Sequence record: PV764603.1
Length of the DNA: 64,000 bases
Reading direction: 5' to 3' (one strand)
Position 1 is the stretch's first letter. Every line of letters begins with the position of its first letter. The translations under genes and the position numbers were made by a program. The notes below the pieces were generated by a model. The model was not told the origin of the DNA and did not search any database. It saw only the letters and a program-made list of their open reading frames with translations. Of the stretch, positions 30,528 to 40,014 are shown in pieces.

Positions 30528-30943
30528 ACGACCAAACACCGAACCTACACGTCAGGGTAGTGGACACGCAAGAGACGACCTTAATCGTCCCACCTGAATT
30601 CACCACTCCGGGCTGTTACGATCTTAATGATCCTGCGGTCGGCACCGCAGTCCAGAAGCTGGTACATATGGCAGCACATTCCTACGAAGGTGTAACCAAC
30701 ACTGCTGCCAACCGGGCTGCGATCACAGGTCGCGTCAACGAAGTGTTCACCAACCTGCAAGCGCGTGGTGTCTCCTTCTATCGGGGTGAAGTGAAGCCGG
30801 GCAATCAAGTGGTAGGTTTCGTTGCACGCGCCAACCCGATGCGCCCGAGCGAAATCAACATTGTTCCACTGATGTATAAGTCGCTGGACCTACACGATAC
30901 CGATGCACAAGAAGAGGAGACCGAAAATGGTAATGAAGAGTGA
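30524..30943 (+). CDS. Hypothetical protein
   Basis: ATGA overlap. Confidence 0.55.
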   Translation: MNDQTPNLHVRVVDTQETTLIVPPEFTTPGCYDLNDPAVGTAVQKLVHMAAHSYEGVTNTAANRAAITGRVNEVFTNLQARGVSFYRGEVKPGNQVVGFVARANPMRPSEINIVPLMYKSLDLHDTDAQEEETENGNEE

Positions 30944-31283
30944 GCTAGAGCAGTCCACGGGCGAGTTCAGCAAATTGATTTGGGGAGCGAAGCTGGTATC
31001 AATCACGCACGCAGGCAATGAAGTGCTGTGCGAAATGGAAAGCGGTGAAGTGCTGTGCATTGTAGCGGGTGGCGCCAAGCTGGTAATCAACTTCCCTGAC
31101 AAGCTGGCTCTGCCCGTACCTGTAGGTGATTGGGCGATAAACGGGAACACCGCATGCTGCTACGCTGAGGACAAGGAGCTTTACTTCCAAATCTACCCCG
31201 AAGGTGAGACGCCGTTCGCCACACTCTCTCCGCACGTTGCCAACATTTATTTCATGAAGAGGAAGACCGATGCAGCAGTTTAA
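30927..31283 (+). CDS. Hypothetical protein
   Basis: GAGGAG RBS, ATG 30927. Confidence 0.55.
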   Translation: MVMKSELEQSTGEFSKLIWGAKLVSITHAGNEVLCEMESGEVLCIVAGGAKLVINFPDKLALPVPVGDWAINGNTACCYAEDKELYFQIYPEGETPFATLSPHVANIYFMKRKTDAAV

Positions 31284-31644
31284 CCACGTCGAAGAAGCGG
31301 GATCGTGGCCCGAGGCATATGACAATGCAGTGAAGGCAGAGCGACGCCTACCGCTCTACAGTAATCGGATCATCCATCTGGATGCCAGCATGGAGGGCAG
31401 CTTCATTCTAACCGTCATCTATCAGCGCATCGAAGTGCGGATCGCTATGGCAGGTCACTCCAAGACCACCCGTGATGACGTGGAGCGTTGGGCAGAAGTG
31501 GTTGCCATTGCCAACGAGGTTGTAACCGAAGTCGTCAACCACCTGCACGCTAACGGGTGCCGCCTCAAGTACAAGCGCAAGACCATCGCCGCCCTCACTG
31601 TCAAGGATGACCTGTCGGTCGTCACTATCTACCCGGAGAAGTAA
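31270..31644 (+). CDS. Hypothetical protein
   Basis: GAGGA RBS; co-oriented. Confidence 0.55.
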   Translation: MQQFNHVEEAGSWPEAYDNAVKAERRLPLYSNRIIHLDASMEGSFILTVIYQRIEVRIAMAGHSKTTRDDVERWAEVVAIANEVVTEVVNHLHANGCRLKYKRKTIAALTVKDDLSVVTIYPEK

Positions 31645-31645
31645 C

Positions 31646-32041
31646 ATGCAAGAAGCTGGAATCGAAATCCCCTCCATGAGTGTTGAAGAACGCCTCGCCT
31701 CCCTCACCCGTGACTTGGCTGCTACCCGCACTGCACTCCAGCAGTCCACGCAGCTGCTTGGTATGAAGGAACTGTTCCTGCAATGCCTGACCTCCGCGCT
31801 GCTCACCCAAGGCGTTCGGATCGAAGCCAACGGCAACGTGGTCAATCAGGCAGCCGACGAACAACGGGCACTGGTCACTGTGCTGACGCAGAGACTGGAA
31901 GACGTGACTGCGGCCAATGAGAACTACGTTCGCATGATCGAAACCGCCCAGCAGAACGTTGAGGCACCCGCTGCGGTCCTGCCGCTGAACACGGAAGCTG
32001 CTGCCCCTGCATCTGCTGAGGGAGAATACCCTGATGACTAA
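31646..32041 (+). CDS. Hypothetical coiled-coil protein
   Basis: GGAG RBS, ATG 31646. Confidence 0.55.
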   Translation: MQEAGIEIPSMSVEERLASLTRDLAATRTALQQSTQLLGMKELFLQCLTSALLTQGVRIEANGNVVNQAADEQRALVTVLTQRLEDVTAANENYVRMIETAQQNVEAPAAVLPLNTEAAAPASAEGEYPDD

Positions 32042-32444
32042 CTGGTCCCCATCCATCACTCAAGCAATCAGGATTGGCCGTGGGCCTACCCTCGGGCGCG
32101 GTCCTACGGTCAATGGTCAGCGTGAGGCACCCAAGCGTGCGTCGTATCCCGATGATAGCGTGGGCATGAACAAGGCAGCACCTGTTCCGCCTATTGTCAA
32201 GAAGAACAAAGTAGACGCCAACGATCCGTCGCCCCTCATCACCCAGCTGCTACGTCTGCTTGGCTACACGCAGATCACTTCCAGCGAACGCATCGCCATG
32301 AAGCGTCTGCTGGATGATCCGTCGCACCCCAAGCACCTGTCGGTCATGCACCAGCTGATTGCAGACCCTCGCAGCATGGAACTGGTACGTAAGTATTACA
32401 CCATCGTGGGCCATATCCCGAAAGCGGTGCGTGGCCTGTTCTAA
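32034..32444 (+). CDS. Hypothetical protein
   Basis: GGGAG RBS, overlaps the previous stop. Confidence 0.55.
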   Translation: MTNWSPSITQAIRIGRGPTLGRGPTVNGQREAPKRASYPDDSVGMNKAAPVPPIVKKNKVDANDPSPLITQLLRLLGYTQITSSERIAMKRLLDDPSHPKHLSVMHQLIADPRSMELVRKYYTIVGHIPKAVRGLF

Positions 32445-32800
32445 TGATCGTTGGTGTAACAGGAGGGCGGGACCTAGGTGAAGAGGATAGAGCCTGGGTC
32501 TACAAGAAGCTCGACCGCTACCACAAGAAGTACCAGTTCACCCATCTTGTCCACGGAGGGGCAAGAGGGCTGGACACGTTAGCCGATCAATGGTGTGAGA
32601 CGAAGCCGGGTGTGCAACCTGTGTGCTGCCGTGCCATGTGGAATCGTGATGGCAACAAGGCAGCCGGGCCGATCAGGAATAGGGCAATGCGTCCCCTGAT
32701 CGCTCGGCTCTTGTCGTTCCCCGGCGGTAACGGCACCAAGGATATGACTGACCACTGCGCACATCACGGTGTGCCAATCACAAGGATCAAAGCACCATGA
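32444..32800 (+). CDS. SLOG-family (DUF2493/YspA-like) protein
   Basis: MIVGVTGGRD, LVHGGARGLDTLADQW, AAGPIRN..M, FPGGNGT.DM. Confidence 0.85.
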   Translation: MIVGVTGGRDLGEEDRAWVYKKLDRYHKKYQFTHLVHGGARGLDTLADQWCETKPGVQPVCCRAMWNRDGNKAAGPIRNRAMRPLIARLLSFPGGNGTKDMTDHCAHHGVPITRIKAP

Positions 32801-33306
32801 CAAAGTACGGTGAAGGACTGGGCAGCAGCTGCTCGGGCAAGGGCCTGCGCTCGCCCACCAAAGGACGCGCCCGTGGTTTCAGTCGAACCACGATGGCTGC
32901 ACTCACTGACCCCGATCGTCAACCCATAAAGGACGCCGCTATGAAGAAGTCTGAACTCGGTAACACCAGCAGTCAGGATCAAACCAACCTCCCCTACGCC
33001 AACCAGCCGGAAGGAGACAACCGCATGGGTGATCCTACGCCGCCGAAGACCCGCGAAAAGTATCTCTCTGACCTCGCCAGCAGCCTACAGGGCCATGCGC
33101 GTTGCCTGAGCTACAACGATGAGAACGGGCCACTCAAGCATCGCCTGCACGAAGCATCCCATGCTCTCGACAGCGTGGCCATTCGCGTCCACAAGAAGAA
33201 GGACGGGCTGCTGCTTATCACCGGACGTGGCAAGTCTAGGTTCGCTACTGCCCGTGAACGACTGGCCATCTGGCTGCTGCGCGGCAACACGGGGATCGAG
33301 GTATGA
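32797..33306 (+). CDS. Hypothetical protein (start uncertain)
   Basis: ATGA overlaps at both ends. Confidence 0.5.
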   Translation: MTKYGEGLGSSCSGKGLRSPTKGRARGFSRTTMAALTDPDRQPIKDAAMKKSELGNTSSQDQTNLPYANQPEGDNRMGDPTPPKTREKYLSDLASSLQGHARCLSYNDENGPLKHRLHEASHALDSVAIRVHKKKDGLLLITGRGKSRFATARERLAIWLLRGNTGIEV

Positions 33307-33644
33307 TCGACAGCGAATTCCAAGACCGGGGTGCTCCCCACCTCCCGCGTCCTACCGACACAATGAGCACCAGTGATCCTCGCAGGAACGTCTCCGGCAA
33401 AGCTCAGTTCTGGCCCAAGGGAGTAAAGAAGCCTGACCCCATCGACGATCCACGCCTGCACGATCCCGAATACGCAGACTACAGCATCAAGAAGGGAGAC
33501 GAAGTTTACGCAGCAGGCTGGACCCTGACGCCGTTGTACGTGGTGGACGTGAACTGGGCCCTACGCGCAATAGCAGTACGCCTAGGCCCTACGGGTGACA
33601 TTGTGATCTGGAGCGTCATGGGCAAGGTGAAGCGCCATGATTGA
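33303..33644 (+). CDS. Hypothetical protein
   Basis: Overlap-coupled ORF. Confidence 0.5.
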   Translation: MIDSEFQDRGAPHLPRPTDTMSTSDPRRNVSGKAQFWPKGVKKPDPIDDPRLHDPEYADYSIKKGDEVYAAGWTLTPLYVVDVNWALRAIAVRLGPTGDIVIWSVMGKVKRHD

Positions 33645-33909
33645 GCCGTCACCCATCTTCATGCAGATTAAGAAGCGCGGGTTAGAGCGGATGGAGCGCC
33701 TGCATCTTGATCCCTACGACCTCACCCACCTTCGGGCCTACGTGGTTGAGCACTGCAACATCAACTACGAAGAATGGGAACAAGCGATGGCGGGTGGCAC
33801 CATCTTTGGCCATCCCTTCGATCCCGAAGACTTTGCCTGTATGCAGGTGCTGGTAATGATCTGCACCAAACTTGAACCACCGAGGGAGAACCAGCTATGT
33901 GGCAAGTAG
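33637..33909 (+). CDS. Hypothetical protein
   Basis: Overlap-coupled ORF. Confidence 0.5.
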   Translation: MIEPSPIFMQIKKRGLERMERLHLDPYDLTHLRAYVVEHCNINYEEWEQAMAGGTIFGHPFDPEDFACMQVLVMICTKLEPPRENQLCGK

Positions 33910-34268
33910 TCGCCTTCGTGGGCGCTATTATCATCGTGGGACTAATCATCCGCCTGTCAGAAGTGTACCGCGAAGTCCTTAGCCCCTTGAGCAACAAGGA
34001 AATGCTCCAGCTGTACGCAGACAGGGCGGCAGAGCGTATGATTGCAGACGGGCTAGACCCCACGCGCATCGAGGACATTGACGAGTTCTACAGGAAGCTG
34101 ACGTTCACCGACAGTCCTGACCCCTTCCTCGATCACTACTGTACTCGGGTGTACGGCCAGCCCTTCGATCCCTTCAACACCCAGCACCTGCTGGCCATCT
34201 GCGAGCAGTCATACCCAGCCTACCAGCAAGCCCACTACCTCATGCAGCGGGAAAGGAGAACCCAGTGA
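33897..34268 (+). CDS. Membrane-anchored hypothetical protein
   Basis: N-terminal hydrophobic MWQVVAFVGAIIIVGLII; GGGAG RBS. Confidence 0.6.
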   Translation: MWQVVAFVGAIIIVGLIIRLSEVYREVLSPLSNKEMLQLYADRAAERMIADGLDPTRIEDIDEFYRKLTFTDSPDPFLDHYCTRVYGQPFDPFNTQHLLAICEQSYPAYQQAHYLMQRERRTQ

Positions 34269-34990
34269 ACACGCTCATGCGCGACAAAGCAGAAACCATC
34301 TTGGAGCTTTTGGACCAGCTGATTGAGGAAGACCGGCAGGCTAACGCAGACATCAACTATTGGGGACCGGGTGACAAGGATTTGGCGGCTGCACGCGCCA
34401 GCATGGCTGCATACCTGACGGGCATCTGTCCAGCACCGCACGCACATCCTTCCGGCTATCCCTACGACGACCCATACGCACGCCCGGCTACCTTCACTCG
34501 CGATCTAGTCCCGCCAAAGTCTAACTCCACGTCTCAGATTATGGAGGCTGCGGCAGAGTCTGAGGATAGGAGGAAGGGCAGGAAGGGAGTGATAGACCTG
34601 CTTCGGATCGATCACCCCAACCTAGCTACGATTCTAGAGCAGGATAGGGCGCTGCACAGGTACAACGAACTACTCGGTCTGGAGGGTAGTTCTGAACTGA
34701 TTGCCCTTCTCACCTTCCTGACCAGTATCGAGCAGCAGGACCAGCTTACCTACACGCTGACCGCCAAGATTCCCCACACTCTGGGAATCCACATCCTGCT
34801 GCCGCTGATGCCCAATCTACCACTGTGTCTGCACCACCACAGCCCCGCAGGCAACACGGTGCACACCCTGACCATCGACCGCCTCAGCATTGACGCCCTC
34901 GACCCACCCGGCTTCTACAGGATCATGGAGGTTACGGTCAAGACAGAGCGCCGCCTGCCCTCCAACATCCTGGGCACGGTGTGGACCTAG
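34265..34990 (+). CDS. Hypothetical protein
   Basis: 241 aa; AGGAG RBS, GTGA overlap. Confidence 0.55.
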   Translation: MNTLMRDKAETILELLDQLIEEDRQANADINYWGPGDKDLAAARASMAAYLTGICPAPHAHPSGYPYDDPYARPATFTRDLVPPKSNSTSQIMEAAAESEDRRKGRKGVIDLLRIDHPNLATILEQDRALHRYNELLGLEGSSELIALLTFLTSIEQQDQLTYTLTAKIPHTLGIHILLPLMPNLPLCLHHHSPAGNTVHTLTIDRLSIDALDPPGFYRIMEVTVKTERRLPSNILGTVWT

Positions 34991-36171
34991 ACTCCCTTCC
35001 GGCTAATCCTCAACCCCTGTCCCTCCACTCTAGGCCCATCCACACCCATCCCGCCTATCCTCCTCCCCTGCACATTCCCTCCGGCAAAAGCTTCCCTACC
35101 CATAACAAGGTAGAGAATAGGAATAGGGAGGATAGGGAGATAACCATAGCAGCATAGACAGTGAGGGAAGAGAATACAGGGAAGAACATAGGGGCAGGGA
35201 ATAAGCCTACTGCACACAATACAGAAGAGACAGGGACATAAGCTGGTATCCACACTAGATAGAAGCCATAGAGGATCATGCAAGAGATAGCAGCTATCCA
35301 GACCAATACCTTCGGTATCTCCCTACAGGACCAGACTAGGCAGTTAGTAGACAATGACCTAATCTCCCCTAGGGTCAAAGCCATATTGTTGGAGCAGCGC
35401 TCCACCGCCCTACTGTCTGACCGCATGGCAATCATTGGTCATCCTACACTGACTGCCCTGCTTACCAACCCATTCACCATCACGGGAGGATCACCCTATT
35501 ACCGTCGCTATCGGGTACGCACACTACGCCACTGCCGCACCACACTTGCAGTGTCGCCTCGCATCCCCATCAAAAACCTCTAGAAGTCGGTTACACCCAC
35601 TGAGTAATCGGGCAGATAAGGCAACAGGGTGCCATTTTGGCATCATCTGGACAACTACCGGAGTTTAGGGCAGTAAAGACCAGTATTTTCGTGCGAACAC
35701 CTTGCAGACCCCTAGGGCTTCCCCTTTGAACGAGTGGAGGCCCTTCTTTTTGACCGAAATATGACTGATTGACCACGTCAAAGCTCGGAGTCAAGGATTT
35801 GGCACCTTCCTGTAGAGGCCGAAAGAAGATTTTCTTCTCGGACCTCGGGCATCCCCTCATGCGTTGCCAAAATGGCACCGTCGGAGTGTCGGAATACACC
35901 CGAAAATGGCCCTTGACGTGGTACCCCACAGGGCGAAAAATTTAGGGGCTCCAGGATGCGTCTAGACACCCGATCCTTGCCAAGGATTACCGAGTTTGAC
36001 GCAAGGATTTTTCAAATATTTTGAGTCTGAGCAGGCCAATCCTGTAAATATTGGGTGTGGGCAAAACAGGGTGCCAAAATGGCAACATCACTGCCCTGTC
36101 CGACCAATTTTTCGACGCAGAACGCACCCTCCGTCCGAGGGTATGAATTTTTTGACGACCGAGGGTCAAAA
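34991..36171. other. Largely non-coding, strand-asymmetric segment with palindromes (candidate origin, terminus or control region)
   Basis: C/T-rich 34991-35100, then A/G-rich 35101-35280. Three TGCCA-N3-TGGCA sites, ATCCTTG-C-CAAGGAT at 35973-35987, and CCTGTAAATA at 36041-36050. Confidence 0.5.
35278..35583 (+). CDS. Possible hypothetical protein
   Basis: GAGGA RBS, 101 aa, atypical codon usage. Confidence 0.35.
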   Translation: MQEIAAIQTNTFGISLQDQTRQLVDNDLISPRVKAILLEQRSTALLSDRMAIIGHPTLTALLTNPFTITGGSPYYRRYRVRTLRHCRTTLAVSPRIPIKNL

Positions 36172-36702
36172 ATGACCAAAATTTCAGATATTTTGACCGA
36201 CGACGCAGTGACCGAAGTGGTGCGATCTGTTTTGCATCGCCTAGTGGTGGTCCGAGGTCTTTCTCTCTCCGAAATCATCAGGGACAACAGCGATATTGAT
36301 CCTGACCTGTTCGGAGCACGACTTTTCTCGGTGATCGCCAACACCGAGGTGCAAATTCCTGCCTCACCGAAGGGGACCGAGGTAGCGACTCCAGATTCAA
36401 GGGAGGACCGAGGGTACAAGAGGGGTGTGCGCGATTATGTCCTGTTCCGGCAGGACAAGAGTGGTAGGGGCCGGAGGGAATACCTGCACGTGAGCACGAA
36501 TCTGTACGGGTGGCAGCAGTCCATACCCCAGGATGCGCTGACTCACTTTGAGAGTGTAGAGGCGGTCCAGAATCAGGTGAACAGGATGCGGCTTGATACC
36601 GGCTACTTCTACTACACCGCTACCGCTGACGATCTGATAGACGAAGCGCTGCATAAGGTAGGGATAGTCCAGCATGCTATCGAGGTACCTAATGATGTTT
36701 AG
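36172..36702 (+). CDS. Hypothetical protein (KISDIL family)
   Basis: GAGGG RBS, ATG 36172; similar N-terminus to 36814 and 43864. Confidence 0.6.
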   Translation: MTKISDILTDDAVTEVVRSVLHRLVVVRGLSLSEIIRDNSDIDPDLFGARLFSVIANTEVQIPASPKGTEVATPDSREDRGYKRGVRDYVLFRQDKSGRGRREYLHVSTNLYGWQQSIPQDALTHFESVEAVQNQVNRMRLDTGYFYYTATADDLIDEALHKVGIVQHAIEVPNDV

Positions 36703-36813
36703 GATCAGCCCAGCCTTGTATGGGTTCTTCAAAGGGTGGACCGAATTGGCTACCACTATGGGAGTGAGGAAACGCGGGAAATCCAAGTACACTAGGAAGA
36801 GGGGTAAGCGGAA

Positions 36814-37314
36814 ATGAAGTTGAGTGACATTCTGACTGAGCGGGATTTGATTGATCTGGCAGATGAGGTGTCGTCCGGGAACTACGAATCCCTGATCGAG
36901 AAGCTGGGTGGGTATGAGTTTGAACCACCCTATATGATCGGGGTAGCAGTGGAGGCACACAAGCTTGCAACGTGCGCTACCGAGGATGATCCTCCCCTGA
37001 TATGGGATAGCGTGTCGCCGGAGTCGATGCAGAAGTTAGGTGAGGGGCTGGCCGATAGTATGCACACCCTGTCCATGCAGCCGGGTACCACACGCAGGCT
37101 GCTAGGCAAGGCGGAGACAGACTGGAACCTACGAGAGGCCATGAATTTGGCTGAGGCTCGGGTGTTCCGTAGCATGTCAGGACTCAGGGCAGTACGGGTT
37201 GATGAGAATGGTGATCCCCTGCGAGGACCAGCATACGAGGCGGGCGAGTGGAGTCTGCGTAACTGGGAAGCAATCAAGCGTGACCAACAAGGAGAACAAG
37301 ATGCTCAAGATTGA
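36814..37314 (+). CDS. Hypothetical protein (MKLSDIL start)
   Basis: 166 aa co-oriented ORF. Confidence 0.55.
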   Translation: MKLSDILTERDLIDLADEVSSGNYESLIEKLGGYEFEPPYMIGVAVEAHKLATCATEDDPPLIWDSVSPESMQKLGEGLADSMHTLSMQPGTTRRLLGKAETDWNLREAMNLAEARVFRSMSGLRAVRVDENGDPLRGPAYEAGEWSLRNWEAIKRDQQGEQDAQD

Positions 37315-38917
37315 CCGTGACCGATACGATGAGGATGCGAACGCGCCCCTGACGCTGGGTCAGATCATCAAGTGGGTGGAGACACAGCCGGAAGGTCAAT
37401 GCTTCTATGGCCTGCACATGCCGCACAGTTACCGGGGCTACTACCAATGCTTGGCGTTCACTCCTAGCCCCGAGACCATCAGCAAGGCAGAGTTGTTGCA
37501 CAGGCTTCGGGAAGGTGTGGGTGCATACGACGGGTACAAGGGTGGCATCTACCTCATGAGCTTCGGCACCGAGTGCTACCTTGCTCGATACAGCGAGACG
37601 GGTACGCCCATGTGCATGCGGTGGCTGGAGGATGAGCTTAGGGTAACGGTGATGCCGGAGGGTACAGCGCGCGCATCACGGGATGCCGTAGCCGATGTAC
37701 AATCAGAGACAGCGGTGGAGGAAGCACGGGATGCGCGCGCTGTACCCGTAGACCCTGTGTCCACCCATCACGTGCATCGGGGTGCAGAGTCTCTACCCTG
37801 CTACTGTGCACGCACGACAGACCACCCGAATGGCCATGAGCTACTGTGGGAGAACCCCGCACCTCATGCTGCTGGTGCACCGTCGCCCTCGGTCACCATG
37901 AAGATCAGTAGCCTGCACGCTGACAAGATGGACCCAGTGGATAGCCTCGAATCCCTGCCTCCCGATATGCGCCTTGGCTCTGCTGATTACCTCGACTACC
38001 TTGACTCGGATACGCCGATGACCACCAGTGATCCCAACGATTTGGTTGAACGTTGCAACAAGTATGTGGCGCTGCGTGAGCTAGCCGAACAGGGCTTGTA
38101 TGCGGTGGCGCGCGCTGCACAGGAAATGCGGGCTGTGTCTCAGCGTGGCAAGGACGCAGCTATCGTCCTTACCGAGACCCTCCCTTCTGAGCAGATGCGC
38201 GAAAGCATTCGGTCTACCGTTGCGTTCTTCACCGCACAGGAGGAGCGTATGACCAACATTCTCAACACCCTCTCGGCAGCGCGCGTCGATGCTTTGCAGG
38301 AGGGAGACTGTCGGAGGATTGATGGCCAGTGGTACGTCTGCACTGATCCCGACATGGCGCGCTTCGTTACCTTTGATGGGCTGGAGACTCCGTGCACCAA
38401 CCTCAAGCGAGCGTATGATGCTCTTCGGTTCTACGTTGATGCCAGCGACACTGAGTTGGAGGAACGTGGGATTGATCGTGCTGAGGCACTGCGTCTTGCC
38501 CGTGATGCTGAGCGCGCGCTGCACGAACACAACCACCTGAGCAAGGACCCAGATGACGTGTGGTGGGCCGAACCCCTGCCGCTTACTGCTATCGATCACG
38601 GTGCTGTCGTTCCCCTTGATACCGAGTGGCAGGTGACGACCAACCCGGTGCCTGCCGATGCTGATCTTGGTGGCGAGGATGGTCCCGTGTGGGCTGTGAT
38701 GCTGCCGTTGTCCTTCGGGCCGAACGCCTACTACGATCCCTCGCCTCTGATCCAGCGTTTCAACCGAGGCTCCCACGTCCACTTCTTCCGTAAGGCTACG
38801 GCCACGAAGATCCGCGATCACTTCAACGCAATGGTGCGCACCAGCACTGAACAACCGTTGGCCGAGATCGTTCACCACACCCTACAGCGACACGTACCCG
38901 GAGACAACAATGCTTGA
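37301..38917 (+). CDS. Large composite hypothetical protein
   Basis: AGGAG RBS, ATG 37301. N-terminal LTLGQII...PHSYRGYY.CLAF...GYKGG.Y.M module, a pattern usually seen as a small stand-alone phage protein. Confidence 0.65.
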   Translation: MLKIDRDRYDEDANAPLTLGQIIKWVETQPEGQCFYGLHMPHSYRGYYQCLAFTPSPETISKAELLHRLREGVGAYDGYKGGIYLMSFGTECYLARYSETGTPMCMRWLEDELRVTVMPEGTARASRDAVADVQSETAVEEARDARAVPVDPVSTHHVHRGAESLPCYCARTTDHPNGHELLWENPAPHAAGAPSPSVTMKISSLHADKMDPVDSLESLPPDMRLGSADYLDYLDSDTPMTTSDPNDLVERCNKYVALRELAEQGLYAVARAAQEMRAVSQRGKDAAIVLTETLPSEQMRESIRSTVAFFTAQEERMTNILNTLSAARVDALQEGDCRRIDGQWYVCTDPDMARFVTFDGLETPCTNLKRAYDALRFYVDASDTELEERGIDRAEALRLARDAERALHEHNHLSKDPDDVWWAEPLPLTAIDHGAVVPLDTEWQVTTNPVPADADLGGEDGPVWAVMLPLSFGPNAYYDPSPLIQRFNRGSHVHFFRKATATKIRDHFNAMVRTSTEQPLAEIVHHTLQRHVPGDNNA

Positions 38918-39278
38918 CCTTAGCAATGACGAACTGGCCAATGCCCTCAACAGCATCAACATGCAGAACTTCACTCTGTCCTCGGGCACAGAGGCGATGC
39001 AGGGTATCGCACGTGGACTCCGCGCTTTCAGTTCTACGCGTAGCGCCTTGCATGAAATGCACCTCAACACCGAAGCTCAGCACGCAGAGTGGACGAAGAA
39101 GCTGGAAGAGGCCAGCCATGAACAGCGCGCTCACGTACTGGCGATCCTGAGTTCCCTTGCACAACAGCGCGCGGGTCTGCACAAAGCACTGACCACCATC
39201 ATGCACACCGAAGACATGATCCTCTCCATCGCCACCGAACTGACGGGCGTCACCTTCCCCGTGGAGGCCGCAGAATGA
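38910..39278 (+). CDS. Hypothetical helical protein
   Basis: GGAG RBS; overlap-coupled. Confidence 0.55.
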   Translation: MLDLSNDELANALNSINMQNFTLSSGTEAMQGIARGLRAFSSTRSALHEMHLNTEAQHAEWTKKLEEASHEQRAHVLAILSSLAQQRAGLHKALTTIMHTEDMILSIATELTGVTFPVEAAE

Positions 39279-39433
39279 GTCTGAGTGATTGCCCTAAGTG
39301 TTGGGACACGCCGTGTGGCTGCGGCCACCAGTACGAACAGTGGACAGAAGAACGTCTGCGTGACCACATCAAGATGCTGGAAATGGTGCTTGCCAAGAAG
39401 CAGGCGCAACGATACAAAGGAGAGTCCAAGTGA
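39275..39433 (+). CDS. Small Cys-rich protein (52 aa, not in the ORF track)
   Basis: MSLSDCPKCWDTPCGCGHQY...; ATGA and GTGA overlaps; GGAGG RBS. Confidence 0.65.
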   Translation: MSLSDCPKCWDTPCGCGHQYEQWTEERLRDHIKMLEMVLAKKQAQRYKGESK

Positions 39434-39702
39434 GCATGTATCGAGTTGTGTTGCAGCCTGTATGCAGGGCGTTCGGTGGATGGGTGAGCGATCCGGATCG
39501 TGTTGATCGCAGCCATCTGATGAACACCACGGATACACTGGCGGTGTTGCAGTTTGACGACAACGGCGAATCCACCGGCAAAACGTTGTCCCAGACCTAC
39601 CTGTTCCTGTGCCTCGGTGACATTGTGGAACTCCACGACGACCAAGGCAGCATCGGACACCACCGCGTACTGGACGTGATGGATGCGGAGGTAGCGCAAT
39701 GA
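39430..39702 (+). CDS. Hypothetical protein
   Basis: GGAG RBS, GTG start overlapping the previous stop. Confidence 0.55.
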   Translation: MSMYRVVLQPVCRAFGGWVSDPDRVDRSHLMNTTDTLAVLQFDDNGESTGKTLSQTYLFLCLGDIVELHDDQGSIGHHRVLDVMDAEVAQ

Positions 39703-39861
39703 ACGTGGTACAACATCGGGAAGCTCAACCACCATGAAGGCGAGGTCATCCTGCATCCCGGCACCAAGTACAAGGTATCGCACCACTCCCAGCACACTGA
39801 TCCCGACAGCGGGCACATCTACCACGTGGTCCACCTGACCGCACACAGTCCGAAGCACTAA
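39703..39861 (+). pseudogene. 3' remnant of a His-rich ADP-ribosyltransferase gene
   Basis: Start-less frame TWYNIGKLNHHEGEVILHPGTKYKVSHHSQHTDPDSGHIYHVVHLTAHSPKH* aligns with the C-terminus of the ART at 42349 (HEAETVLHHGNKFKVLGHSVH). Confidence 0.75.
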
Positions 39862-39865
39862 TCCG

Positions 39866-39901
39866 AAGGGCCTATCCTGCTGACGTGGGGTAGGCCCTTT
39901 T
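39866..39901 (+). terminator. Intrinsic terminator after the ART remnant
   Basis: aagggcctatcc...ggggtaggccctttt. Confidence 0.75.
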
Positions 39902-39985
39902 GCATAGCCCGGCGATAGGTTCCAATTTCGTGCAAGTTGTCCCTGAATCGAACCTGAACGGCAGCTGAACGAAAATGAACAGTGG

Positions 39986-40014
39986 TTGACAGGGGGATAG
40001 GGTCCAGGCATAAT
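39986..40014 (+). promoter_or_regulatory. Host sigma70-type (early) promoter
   Basis: TTGACA (39986-39991), 17-bp spacer, CATAAT (40009-40014), upstream of gene 40097. Confidence 0.85.

Noticed and set aside
34987-35435. Hydrophobic minus-strand ORFs 34987..35283 and 35055..35435 as membrane proteins
   Set aside because: The hydrophobicity follows from the purine/pyrimidine-skewed low-complexity DNA; no RBS and opposite to the global orientation.
35629-36086. CRISPR or mini-array made of the TGCCA dyads
   Set aside because: The repeats are only 13-16 bp with 200+ bp irregular spacing and mixed orientation, so operator-like rather than CRISPR.
39430-39861. TGA read-through joining ORF 39430 to the ART fragment (same frame)
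   Set aside because: The upstream ORF lacks proper YRG and STS ART motifs and His richness. TGA is a normal stop throughout the window, and the GGAG-ATGA junction is an ordinary gene overlap, so a deletion remnant is simpler.
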